Assembly (NCBI GenBank): GCA_964276095.1
Contig: CAXYDR010000002.1
Coordinates: forward strand, 23,589 to 87,588
Length of the DNA: 64,000 bases
Origin: an uncultured Flavobacteriaceae bacterium
GTDB lineage: Bacteria > Bacteroidota > Bacteroidia > Flavobacteriales > Flavobacteriaceae
Reading direction: 5' to 3'
The notes below the pieces were generated by a model. That model was given only the letters and a program-made list of their open reading frames with translations. It was not told the DNA's origin and ran no database searches. The position numbers and the translations under genes are program-made. Every line of letters begins with the position of its first letter. Positions within the stretch are counted from its first letter, which is position 1. Of this stretch, positions 55,767 to 64,000 are shown in pieces.

Positions 55767-56291
55767 TTAACCTTTAAACAATTTTTCTAAAGAAATACCT
55801 CTTTGTTTTGCAACATCTTTAGCATCTCTTAATTGTAATAAAGCATTAAATGTTGCTTTAACTACGTTATGAGCGTTAGAAGACCCTTGAGATTTAGATA
55901 ATACATCATGTACACCTACAGCCTCAAGTACATGACGCATAGCACCACCTGCAATTACTCCTGTACCAGGAGCAGCTGGGATAATGTTAACTCTAGCACC
56001 ACCAAATTTACCTAATTGTTGATGAGGCAAAGTTCCTTTAATTAAAGGAATACGAACCAAGTTTTTCTTAGCATCTTCGATAGCCTTAGCGATAGCACTA
56101 GCAACGTCTTTAGATTTACCTAAACCGTGACCAACAACACCCGCTTCATCTCCAACTACAACAATAGCTGAAAATCCGAATGCTCTACCACCCTTTGTTA
56201 CTTTAGTAACACGATTTACACCAACTAAACGATCTTTAAGATCTAAACCCTGAGGTTTTACTAGTTCTGCATTTTTATTAGTTTGAAACAT
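55767..56291 (-). CDS. rpsE: 30S ribosomal protein S5
   Basis: The [24 protein letters not shown] pattern. Confidence 0.98.
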   Translation of the reverse strand: MFQTNKNAELVKPQGLDLKDRLVGVNRVTKVTKGGRAFGFSAIVVVGDEAGVVGHGLGKSKDVASAIAKAIEDAKKNLVRIPLIKGTLPHQQLGKFGGARVNIIPAAPGTGVIAGGAMRHVLEAVGVHDVLSKSQGSSNAHNVVKATFNALLQLRDAKDVAKQRGISLEKLFKG

Positions 56292-56297
56292 AATTTC

Positions 56298-56654
56298 TTA
56301 AAATTTTAATCCACCTTCTCTAGCTCCTTCAGCTAATGACTTAATTCTACCATGGTATAAAGAACCACCTCTATCGAAAGAAATAGTATTAACACCAGCA
56401 TTGATAGCCTTTTCAGCAACAGCTTTACCAACTAAAGTAGCGATTTCAGACTTAGTACCTTTTTCAGCACTAAAACCCTTATCTCTTGAAGAAGATGCAG
56501 CAATTGTTTTTCCAGTTACGTCATCAATTACTTGAGCGTAAATTTCTTTATTACTTCTGTAAACGGCCAATCTTGGTCTTTCTGAAGTACCAGAAACAAT
56601 CTTCCTAACTCTGTTATGGATTCTTGTTTTTCTATCGTTTTTTGATAATTTCAT
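56298..56654 (-). CDS. rplR: 50S ribosomal protein L18
   Basis: [20 protein letters not shown] and the C-terminal FDRGG.LYHGR. Confidence 0.97.
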   Translation of the reverse strand: MKLSKNDRKTRIHNRVRKIVSGTSERPRLAVYRSNKEIYAQVIDDVTGKTIAASSSRDKGFSAEKGTKSEIATLVGKAVAEKAINAGVNTISFDRGGSLYHGRIKSLAEGAREGGLKF

Positions 56655-56767
56655 TTGTCGATTTTTAGTATTTTAACGGTTCTACAAAATTTATAAAACC
56701 AACAATCATTAAAATTTAACGTAAAAATGATTGTTGACTTACTTATTTTATATCGCCTTTAAAAATA

Positions 56768-57310
56768 TTAAGCTGATTTACCAGCTTTTCTTCTTAACAC
56801 TTCTCCAACAAACTTAACACCTTTACCTTTATACGGCTCTGGTCTACGGTAAGAACGGATTTTTGCCGCTACTTGCCCTACTAATTGTTTGTCTGCAGAT
56901 GTTAATTTTATAATTGGATTTTTACCTTTATCAGATACTGTTTCGATTTTAACTTCTGGAGCTACATCTAAAACAATGTTGTGAGAGAAACCTAAAGCCA
57001 GCTCAAGTCTTTGACCTTGATTACTTGCTCTATACCCTACACCTACTAATTCCAATTCTTTAGTAAAACCTTTAACAACACCTTCAATCATGTTAGCGAT
57101 CAAAGCTCTGTACAATCCGTGCTTTGCTTTATGATCTTTAACTTCTGATGGACGCTCTAAAGTAATTACTCCTTCTTCTATCTTAACAGTTATATCTAAA
57201 ACTTCCTGAGTTAATTCACCCATTTTACCTTTAACTACAACTACTCCGTCTTTTACATCAACTGTAACTCCTGCTGGAATTACAATTGGACTTTTACCTA
57301 TTCTTGACAT
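56768..57310 (-). CDS. rplF: 50S ribosomal protein L6
   Basis: MSRIGKSPI N-terminus and the C-terminal PEPYKGKG. Confidence 0.97.
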   Translation of the reverse strand: MSRIGKSPIVIPAGVTVDVKDGVVVVKGKMGELTQEVLDITVKIEEGVITLERPSEVKDHKAKHGLYRALIANMIEGVVKGFTKELELVGVGYRASNQGQRLELALGFSHNIVLDVAPEVKIETVSDKGKNPIIKLTSADKQLVGQVAAKIRSYRRPEPYKGKGVKFVGEVLRRKAGKSA

Positions 57311-57329
57311 GCTTTCTAGATTTTAAAAA

Positions 57330-57725
57330 TTAGCAAACTGAACAAATAACTTCTCCACCAACATTCTCTCTACGAGCTTGTTTTCCTGTCATTACTCCCT
57401 TAGAAGTAGAAACAATTGCAACACCTAAACTATTTAAAATTCTTGGCATTTCAGTAGAAGAGACGTACTTACGTAAACCTGGTTTACTTACTCTTTCGAT
57501 TTTTCTAATTACAGATTGCTTGTTCTCATCATATTTCAAGGCAATTTTAATTGTCCCTTGTACTGACTCGTCATCAAATTTGTAACTTAAAATATAACCT
57601 TGATCAAATAAAATCTTAGTTATAGCTTTCTTTAAATTAGAAGCAGGAATTTCAACCACTCTGTGATTGGCTCTCACTGCATTCCTAACTCTCGTTAGGT
57701 AATCCGCTATTGGATCTGTATACAT
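57330..57725 (-). CDS. rpsH: 30S ribosomal protein S8
   Basis: The ATG at 57725 gives MYTDPIADYLTRVRNA, the canonical S8 N-terminus. The ORF-track extension to 57764 runs through the upstream hairpin. Confidence 0.97.
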   Translation of the reverse strand: MYTDPIADYLTRVRNAVRANHRVVEIPASNLKKAITKILFDQGYILSYKFDDESVQGTIKIALKYDENKQSVIRKIERVSKPGLRKYVSSTEMPRILNSLGVAIVSTSKGVMTGKQARRENVGGEVICSVC

Positions 57726-57796
57726 ATATATTAATTTGCGGCTTTGGTTTTCGGCAGTAAACAATACTGCCGAACCTTAAACCAATTTATAAACTT

Positions 57797-58066
57797 TTAC
57801 CAACTGGCTTTTCTTACACCAGGTATTAAACCTTGGTTTGCCATTTCTCTGAATGTAACACGAGAAACTCCGAACGTACGCATGTATCCTTTTGGACGTC
57901 CTGTTAATTTACATCTGTTATGTAAACGAACTGGAGATGCATTTTTCGGTAATTTTTGCAATGCATCATAATCACCAGCTTTTTTCAAAGCAGCTCTTTT
58001 GACAGCATATTTAGCAACTAACTTACGTCTTTTGACCTCACGGGCCTTCATCGATTCTTTAGCCAT
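57797..58066 (-). CDS. rpsN: 30S ribosomal protein S14 (long, non-zinc form)
   Basis: 89 aa with the C-terminal [21 protein letters not shown]. There is no CxxC pair. Confidence 0.97.
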   Translation of the reverse strand: MAKESMKAREVKRRKLVAKYAVKRAALKKAGDYDALQKLPKNASPVRLHNRCKLTGRPKGYMRTFGVSRVTFREMANQGLIPGVRKASW

Positions 58067-58069
58067 GTC

Positions 58070-58621
58070 TTAATTCTTTTTAAAAGGTAACCCTAATTCA
58101 GTTAACAATGATTTTGCTTCTTTATCAGTATCAGCTGAAGTTACAAATGTAATGTTCATCCCGCCAATTTTATTAACTTTATCAATATTTATTTCTGGGA
58201 AAATAATTTGCTCAGTAACTCCTAAACTATAGTTACCTCTTCCATCAAAACCATCGGCTTTGATTCCACCGAAATCTCTTACACGTGGTAAAGACGATGT
58301 AACTAATCTGTCTAAAAACTCATACATTCTTTCAGCACGCAAAGTAACTTTAACACCAATTGGCATTCCTTTACGTAACTTAAAAGTTGCAACATCCTTT
58401 TTAGATAATGTAGATACAGCTTGTTGTCCAGAAATCTTAGTGATTTCTTCTAACGCGTGATCTATCAATTTCTTATCAGATACTGCAGCACCTACACCTT
58501 TAGAAATAATAATTTTTTCTAATTTAGGTACTTGCATTATATTCTTGTAACTATATTCTTCTGTAAGAGCAGTAACGATTCTGTCCTTGTACTCTTGTTT
58601 TAATCTTGAAACGTAAGCCAT
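58070..58621 (-). CDS. rplE: 50S ribosomal protein L5
   Basis: 183 aa with PRVRDFGG.....[10 protein letters not shown]. Confidence 0.97.
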   Translation of the reverse strand: MAYVSRLKQEYKDRIVTALTEEYSYKNIMQVPKLEKIIISKGVGAAVSDKKLIDHALEEITKISGQQAVSTLSKKDVATFKLRKGMPIGVKVTLRAERMYEFLDRLVTSSLPRVRDFGGIKADGFDGRGNYSLGVTEQIIFPEINIDKVNKIGGMNITFVTSADTDKEAKSLLTELGLPFKKN

Positions 58622-58623
58622 AA

Positions 58624-58935
58624 CTAAATTACTTCATTAGATTTTTTAGAAACTCTTACCTTATCTTTTCCTTCACCTTTATAACCAACTCTGGTAGTTT
58701 TACCATCTTTAGTTAATAAAGATAAATTAGAGATTTGCATAGCAGCCTCTTTTTTTACGATTCCTCCTTGAGGATTTTCAGCGTTAGGTTTAACATGCTT
58801 AGAAACCATGTTTACACCTTCAACAATCGCTTTGTTTTTTTCACGAAGAATTTTTGTAACAGTACCTTCAGATCCTTTATGATCTCCAGCAATTACTCTA
58901 ACTGTATCTCCTGTTTTTATCTTTAACTTTGTCAT
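58624..58935 (-). CDS. rplX: 50S ribosomal protein L24
   Basis: The KOW motif [18 protein letters not shown]. Confidence 0.97.
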   Translation of the reverse strand: MTKLKIKTGDTVRVIAGDHKGSEGTVTKILREKNKAIVEGVNMVSKHVKPNAENPQGGIVKKEAAMQISNLSLLTKDGKTTRVGYKGEGKDKVRVSKKSNEVI

Positions 58936-58947
58936 CTTTACAAAATA

Positions 58948-59316
58948 TTAAAGCACTTCAGGTGCTAATGATACAATCTTCATAAATCCTTTATCACGAA
59001 GTTCTCTTGATACTGGTCCAAAAACACGTGTTCCACGCATTTCCCCTGTAGGGTTCAACAACACACATGCATTATCATCAAAACGGATATAAGAACCATC
59101 TGGTCTTCTAATCTCTTTTTTAACTCTAATTACAACAGCTGTAGAAACCTGTCCTTTCTTTACACTACCGTTTGGAGTAACATCTTTAATTGTAACAACA
59201 ATTTTATCTCCAACAGAAGCATACCTTCTTTTAGTTCCACCAAGAACACGGATAGTTAAAACTTCCTTTGCTCCGGTATTATCTGCAACTCTAAGTCTTG
59301 ATTCTTGTTGTACCAT
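58948..59316 (-). CDS. rplN: 50S ribosomal protein L14
   Basis: [19 protein letters not shown]-terminus. Confidence 0.98.
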   Translation of the reverse strand: MVQQESRLRVADNTGAKEVLTIRVLGGTKRRYASVGDKIVVTIKDVTPNGSVKKGQVSTAVVIRVKKEIRRPDGSYIRFDDNACVLLNPTGEMRGTRVFGPVSRELRDKGFMKIVSLAPEVL

Positions 59317-59573
59317 TATTTTGCTCTTTCAATTATTTCTACTAATCTCCAACATTTAGATTTACTTAAAGGTCTTGTTTCCATGATCTTTACAGTATCT
59401 CCGATATTGCAATCGTTTGTTTCATCGTGTGCAACGTACTTTTTCGTTTTTAAAACGAATTTTCCGTACATAGGATGCTTTACTTTCTTAACTTCAGAAA
59501 CCACAATTGATTTCGTCATTTTATTACTAGTAACTATTCCTATTCTTTCTTTTCTTAAATTTCTTTTTTCCAT
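59316..59573 (-). CDS. rpsQ: 30S ribosomal protein S17
   Basis: 85 aa with G.V.S.KM.KSIVV....KHP.YGK....KKY.AHDE. Confidence 0.97.
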   Translation of the reverse strand: MEKRNLRKERIGIVTSNKMTKSIVVSEVKKVKHPMYGKFVLKTKKYVAHDETNDCNIGDTVKIMETRPLSKSKCWRLVEIIERAK

Positions 59574-59591
59574 CTTTCAGTAGAGTAACTA

Positions 59592-59783
59592 TTATTGTAA
59601 TCCTCTTTTAGTTATCTCAGTTGCAACTCGTGCAACTGATCTTCTTACTGTACGTATTTGTAACGGATTATCCAAAGGTTGGATAGCGTGAGCAAATTTT
59701 AATTCAGTATAACTCTTCTTAAGTTCTACAAGCTTAGCTTGTAAATCATCTGTAGACAGATCTTTTATTTCTGATTGTTTCAT
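59592..59783 (-). CDS. rpmC: 50S ribosomal protein L29
   Basis: 63 aa, helical, in the conserved position between rplP and rpsQ. Confidence 0.95.
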   Translation of the reverse strand: MKQSEIKDLSTDDLQAKLVELKKSYTELKFAHAIQPLDNPLQIRTVRRSVARVATEITKRGLQ

Positions 59784-59800
59784 GATCTTAAAATTTACAA

Positions 59801-60220
59801 TTACGCTTGATAATCTCTAGCTATAACAAATTTAGTTTGAACTGGAAGTTTTTGTGCTGCTAAACGTAACGCTTCTTTTGCAACTTCAATTGGCACTCCA
59901 CCAACTTCAAAAATTAATCTTCCTGGTCTTACAACTGCGGCCCAATACTCTACTGAACCCTTACCTTTACCCATACGTACTTCAAGAGGCTTTTTTGTAA
60001 TAGGCTTGTCTGGAAATATTTTAATCCAAAGTTGACCCTCTCTTTTCATGTGACGAGTAGCAGCTATACGTGCAGCTTCTATTTGACGAGCAGTAATAAA
60101 TTTAGAATCTAGTGATTTAATACCGAACATACCATTTGAAAGTTGATGACCCCTTTCAGAGTTCCCTTTCATACGGCCTTTTTGTACCTTACGATACTTT
60201 GTTTTTTTTGGCTGTAACAT
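59801..60220 (-). CDS. rplP: 50S ribosomal protein L16
   Basis: [20 protein letters not shown]-terminus. Confidence 0.98.
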   Translation of the reverse strand: MLQPKKTKYRKVQKGRMKGNSERGHQLSNGMFGIKSLDSKFITARQIEAARIAATRHMKREGQLWIKIFPDKPITKKPLEVRMGKGKGSVEYWAAVVRPGRLIFEVGGVPIEVAKEALRLAAQKLPVQTKFVIARDYQA

Positions 60221-60239
60221 CTTGTTTCTTGTCTTTTAA

Positions 60240-60971
60240 TTACTTTCTACGGTTAGGTTTTCTATTGTTCCCACCACGTCCAGCAGTAGATCCTTTTCCG
60301 CCACTTTGCTTTTTGGCTAAGCCAACAAGTGGAGAAAGATCTCTTTTACCATAAACTTCACCTTTCATAATCCACACTTTCACACCTAATCTACCATAAG
60401 TAGTGTGCGACTCAACAAGTGCGTAATCAATGTCAGCTCTAAATGTTGATAAAGGAATACGTCCATCTTTAAACGATTCTGAACGAGCCATTTCTGCCCC
60501 ATTCAAACGTCCTGAAATTTGAATCTTAATCCCTTCACAGTTCATTCTCATAGCAGCTTGAATAGCCATTTTAATAGCTCGCTTGTAAGAGATTCTATTC
60601 TCTATTTGTCTAGCAACACTACTACCTACTAAGAATGCATCCAATTCTGGGCGCTTAATTTCAAAGATGTTAATTTGTACTTCTTTACCAGTAATTTTCT
60701 TAAGCTCTTCTTTTAACTTGTCTACCTCTTGCCCACCTTTTCCGATAATGATACCAGGTCTAGCAGTAGTGATAGTAACGGTTACAAGTTTAAGAGTTCT
60801 TTCGATAATTACTCTTGAAACACTAGCTTTAGATAAACGTGCGTGAATATACTTACGAATCTTATCGTCTTCGGCAAGTCTATCACCGTAGTCATTACCT
60901 CCGTACCAGTTAGATTCCCATCCTCTGATAATACCAAGGCGATTTCCGATTGGATTTGTTTTTTGTCCCAT
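60240..60971 (-). CDS. rpsC: 30S ribosomal protein S3
   Basis: [14 protein letters not shown]-terminus, a KH domain, and a basic C-terminal tail. Confidence 0.98.
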   Translation of the reverse strand: MGQKTNPIGNRLGIIRGWESNWYGGNDYGDRLAEDDKIRKYIHARLSKASVSRVIIERTLKLVTVTITTARPGIIIGKGGQEVDKLKEELKKITGKEVQINIFEIKRPELDAFLVGSSVARQIENRISYKRAIKMAIQAAMRMNCEGIKIQISGRLNGAEMARSESFKDGRIPLSTFRADIDYALVESHTTYGRLGVKVWIMKGEVYGKRDLSPLVGLAKKQSGGKGSTAGRGGNNRKPNRRK

Positions 60972-60978
60972 ATCTATC

Positions 60979-61386
60979 TTAACTTTGTGTATTATTATTT
61001 GATCCTAACACTAATGTTACGTGATTTGATCTTTTTCTAATTCTGTGTGCACGACCTTGTGGAGCTGGACGTAATCTCTTCAACATAGATCCTCCGTCAA
61101 CTCTAATTTCCTTCACAAATAAGTCTGCTTCTTCTAAATCAGCATCTTCGTTTTTCGCTTGCCAGTTAGCAATTGCTGAAACTAATAAAGTTTCTACACG
61201 ACGTGATGCTTCTTTTGAACTGAATTTCAAAATATGAAGCGCTTTCTCTACTTTTACACCTCTTACTAAATCCGCTACTAAACGCATTTTTCTTGGTGAA
61301 GTAGGACAGTTATTCAACTTTGCGAAAGCCATTTGCTTTTTCTCAGCCTTTATTCTATCGGCCATTTCTCTTTTACGAACTCCCAT
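60979..61386 (-). CDS. rplV: 50S ribosomal protein L22
   Basis: 135 aa with [14 protein letters not shown]. Confidence 0.97.
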   Translation of the reverse strand: MGVRKREMADRIKAEKKQMAFAKLNNCPTSPRKMRLVADLVRGVKVEKALHILKFSSKEASRRVETLLVSAIANWQAKNEDADLEEADLFVKEIRVDGGSMLKRLRPAPQGRAHRIRKRSNHVTLVLGSNNNTQS

Positions 61387-61391
61387 AGCTT

Positions 61392-61670
61392 CTATCTTTT
61401 ACCTTTATTCTTTGCACCTGCATGACCTCTAAAAGATCTTGTTGGTGAAAATTCTCCTAACTTATGACCTACCATGTTTTCTGTAACGAATACTGGTACA
61501 AACTGACGACCGTTATGAACAGCAATTGTTTGTCCTACGAAATCTGGAGAAATCATTGAAGCTCTTGACCATGTTTTAATAACAGCCTTTTTACCCGATT
61601 CAATGTTTGCTTCAACTTTCTTAGTTACACTATGATGTATATAAGGTCCTTTTTTTAATGAACGTGCCAT
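61392..61670 (-). CDS. rpsS: 30S ribosomal protein S19
   Basis: [11 protein letters not shown]-terminus and the GHKLGEF motif. Confidence 0.98.
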   Translation of the reverse strand: MARSLKKGPYIHHSVTKKVEANIESGKKAVIKTWSRASMISPDFVGQTIAVHNGRQFVPVFVTENMVGHKLGEFSPTRSFRGHAGAKNKGKR

Positions 61671-61678
61671 ATCTTATA

Positions 61679-62503
61679 TTATTTATTTCTACGTTCTACA
61701 ATATACTTATTACTCGCTTTCGTTTTAGAACGTGTTCTGTAACCTTTAGCAGGTATACCATTCTTAGAACGAGGATGTCCTCCAGAAGACTTACCTTCTC
61801 CACCTCCCATTGGGTGATCGACAGGGTTCATTACAACTGGTCTAACTCTTGGTCTTCTTCCTAACCATCTACTTCTACCAGCTTTACCTGACACAAGTAA
61901 TTGATGATCTGAATTTGAAACAACACCAATAACAGCTAAACACCCAACTAAAAGCAATCTAGTTTCCCCTGAAGGTAACTTGATTGTAGCGTATTTACCA
62001 TCTCTTGCCATTAACTGAGCAAATGCACCAGCAGAACGAGCCATTACAGCACCTTGTCCTGGACGCAATTCGATACATGAAATAATAGTTCCCAAAGGAA
62101 TATTAGCCAATGTCATAGCGTTTCCTACTTCCGGAGCAACATTTTCTCCAGAAATAATTTTTTGCCCAACTTCTAATCCGTTTTGAGCAATTACATATCT
62201 TTTTTCTCCATCTGCGTATTGTAATAACGCGATGAACGCAGTTCTGTTAGGATCATACTGAATTGACATCACTTCCGCAGCGTCATTAAATCGTTCTCTT
62301 TTGAAATCGATAACACGGTATCTTCTTTTATGACCTCCACCTATATGGCGCATTGTCATTTTTCCTTGACTGTTTCTACCACCAGATCTTTTTATCGGAC
62401 GAAGTAAACTCTTCTCCGGCTTATCAGTAGTTATGGCGTCAAACCCATTTACTACTCTAAAACGCTGCCCTGGTGTGATTGGTTTTAATTTTCTAACTGA
62501 CAT
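61679..62503 (-). CDS. rplB: 50S ribosomal protein L2
   Basis: 274 aa with GGGHKR.YR.IDF and the C-terminal MNPVDHP.GGGEG. Confidence 0.98.
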   Translation of the reverse strand: MSVRKLKPITPGQRFRVVNGFDAITTDKPEKSLLRPIKRSGGRNSQGKMTMRHIGGGHKRRYRVIDFKRERFNDAAEVMSIQYDPNRTAFIALLQYADGEKRYVIAQNGLEVGQKIISGENVAPEVGNAMTLANIPLGTIISCIELRPGQGAVMARSAGAFAQLMARDGKYATIKLPSGETRLLLVGCLAVIGVVSNSDHQLLVSGKAGRSRWLGRRPRVRPVVMNPVDHPMGGGEGKSSGGHPRSKNGIPAKGYRTRSKTKASNKYIVERRNK

Positions 62504-62516
62504 CTTTTGTCTTTAG

Positions 62517-62807
62517 TTAATTGTTAGTATAAAAGTCTATTACATCTCCTTCAGCTAACTGAACAAGGGCTTTTTTATAAGCACCTTTTTTCGCAGTTAC
62601 CATACCAGTTTTTGTATGACGATTATTTCTTTCTACTCTTACTGTTATTGTACGAACTTTTTCAACAGAAACACCATAAGCAGTTTCCACTGCTTTTTTA
62701 ACCTCTACCTTATTCGCATTCTTCTTCACAAGAAAAGTAAAACAGTTGTTAGACTCGCTTGCTTTTGTTGCTTTCTCTGTAATTACAGGCTTTATTAAGA
62801 TACTCAT
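62517..62807 (-). CDS. rplW: 50S ribosomal protein L23
   Basis: 96 aa, with P.ITEKA....... in the conserved position. Confidence 0.96.
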   Translation of the reverse strand: MSILIKPVITEKATKASESNNCFTFLVKKNANKVEVKKAVETAYGVSVEKVRTITVRVERNNRHTKTGMVTAKKGAYKKALVQLAEGDVIDFYTNN

Positions 62808-62815
62808 GTCTGTTC

Positions 62816-63445
62816 TTATTTACTTAAATTCGACACAACTCCTTCAACAGTCCCTTCAAAAAGAACAACACTATCAGCATTCATTAATGCGTAAGTATTT
62901 AATTCTGATGCAGTTACCGCTTTGGAGCGTTTTAAATTACGTGATGACAAATATACATTATTATTTGAATCACCCAACACAAACAAAGCTTTTTTGTCTG
63001 CTAACCCTAACGAACTCAATAAGTTCTTGAATTCTTTAGTTTTTGGCGATGCAAAATCTGTGTCTTCTAAAACGATAATATTATTCGTTTGAGCTTTCAT
63101 AGTTAATGCAGATTTACGTGCTAAACGCTTTACATTTTTGTTTAATTTGAAACTATAGCTTCTTGGTCTTGGTCCGAACATACGCCCACCACCTCTAAAA
63201 AGCCCAGACTTGATAGAACCTGCTCTTGCAGTACCAGTTCCTTTTTGCTTTTTAATTTTTCTAGTAGACCCAGAAATCTCAGCTCTTTCTTTAGCTTTAT
63301 GAGTACCTTGACGTTGATTAGCCAAATACTGCTTTACATCTAAATAAACAGAGTGATTATGAGGTTCTACAGCGAAAACAGCATCAGAAAGCTCAATGCT
63401 TCTACCTGTTTCTTTTCCGTTGATATCTAAAACTGCTACTTTCAT
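62816..63445 (-). CDS. rplD: 50S ribosomal protein L4
   Basis: 209 aa with the KQKGTGTARAGS motif. Confidence 0.97.
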   Translation of the reverse strand: MKVAVLDINGKETGRSIELSDAVFAVEPHNHSVYLDVKQYLANQRQGTHKAKERAEISGSTRKIKKQKGTGTARAGSIKSGLFRGGGRMFGPRPRSYSFKLNKNVKRLARKSALTMKAQTNNIIVLEDTDFASPKTKEFKNLLSSLGLADKKALFVLGDSNNNVYLSSRNLKRSKAVTASELNTYALMNADSVVLFEGTVEGVVSNLSK

Positions 63446-64000
63446 TACTTCTCAATGATTACATAAGCGTTAGTGTGTCCAGGAATTGCTCCCTTGATCA
63501 CAAGTAGATTCTTTTCAGCAACTACTTTTAAAACTCTTAAATTTTGAACTTTAATTGTGTCTCCACCCATTCTTCCACCCATACGCATTCCTTTGAATAC
63601 ACGAGCAGGATAAGATGCAGCTCCAATAGAACCAGGAGCTCTAAGACGGTTATGCTGACCGTGAGTCGCTTGACCTACACCAGCAAAGTTGTGACGCTTA
63701 ACTACCCCTTGAAAACCCTTACCTTTAGAAGTTCCAGAAACATCCACGAACTCACCTTCAGTAAAGTGCTCTACAGTGATAGACTCACCTAATTTGTACT
63801 CCTCTCCAAAACCTTGAAATTCGATGACTTTATACTTAGGAGAAGTTCCTGCTTTTTTAAAGTGACCATTAGCCGCTTTAGTAGCACGTTTTTCTGCCTT
63901 GTCATCGAAACCAAGTTGAAGAGCTTCATAGCCATCAACCTCATTGGTTCTGACTTGGGTAACAACGCATGGTCCAGCTTGAATAACAGTACAAGGAATA
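63445..64000 (-). CDS. rplC: 50S ribosomal protein L3 (5' end outside window)
   Basis: The frame is open to the window edge. It carries [14 protein letters not shown]...THG....R.PGSIG. The ATG in the ORF track is internal. Confidence 0.95.
   Translation of the reverse strand, partial: IPCTVIQAGPCVVTQVRTNEVDGYEALQLGFDDKAEKRATKAANGHFKKAGTSPKYKVIEFQGFGEEYKLGESITVEHFTEGEFVDVSGTSKGKGFQGVVKRHNFAGVGQATHGQHNRLRAPGSIGAASYPARVFKGMRMGGRMGGDTIKVQNLRVLKVVAEKNLLVIKGAIPGHTNAYVIIEK

Overview
This AT-rich window is a chromosomal segment that looks like Flavobacteriia (Bacteroidota). The taxon call rests on gene order, a T9SS C-terminal sorting domain, recurrent TAnnTTTG -7 promoter boxes, an almost complete lack of Shine-Dalgarno sites, and several TTG/GTG starts. 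The content is overwhelmingly housekeeping. The left part (1-31.6 kb) carries a pyrE fragment, birA, rsfS, ftsH, a LUD-cdsA-psd-ACBP phospholipid cluster, valS, murB, two secreted metallopeptidases (M1, and M43 with a T9SS tail), a GT2-sigma factor pair, lipA, gap, a TPR hybrid histidine kinase, lpxK, nif3, rluF and folD. The middle part (31.7-50 kb) carries ffh, a five-gene crp-tolC-MFP-RND-DUF2892 efflux operon, argS, marC, a CtlX-like/arginase pair, gltA, eno and carA. From 50.1 kb to the window end the minus strand carries the complete alpha/spc/S10 ribosomal protein cluster, from rplQ back to a partial rplC. It includes two genes missing from the ORF track: rpmJ (38 aa) and rpmD (59 aa). 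I found no tRNA, rRNA, CRISPR array, transposase/integrase or recognisable defence genes, and no convincing novel multi-gene system. The most interesting items are listed here. (1) A CRP-type TGTGA-N6-TCAC site abuts the -33 box of the efflux operon promoter and overlaps the stop codon of the adjacent Crp-family gene, whose recognition helix keeps the CRP R-E-x3-R triad. (2) Two decayed or possibly phase-variable genes have lesions at homopolymers: a glycosyltransferase split at an A9 tract, and a LuxR-type regulator with an in-frame TAA plus a -1 frameshift. (3) birA encodes its conserved N-terminus upstream of any canonical start codon. (4) An orphan small secreted Cys/His-motif protein sits between terminators. 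(5) Several strong hairpins lie in unusually long spacers inside the ribosomal protein operons. All product calls come from motif recognition by eye and memory; no database search was run.
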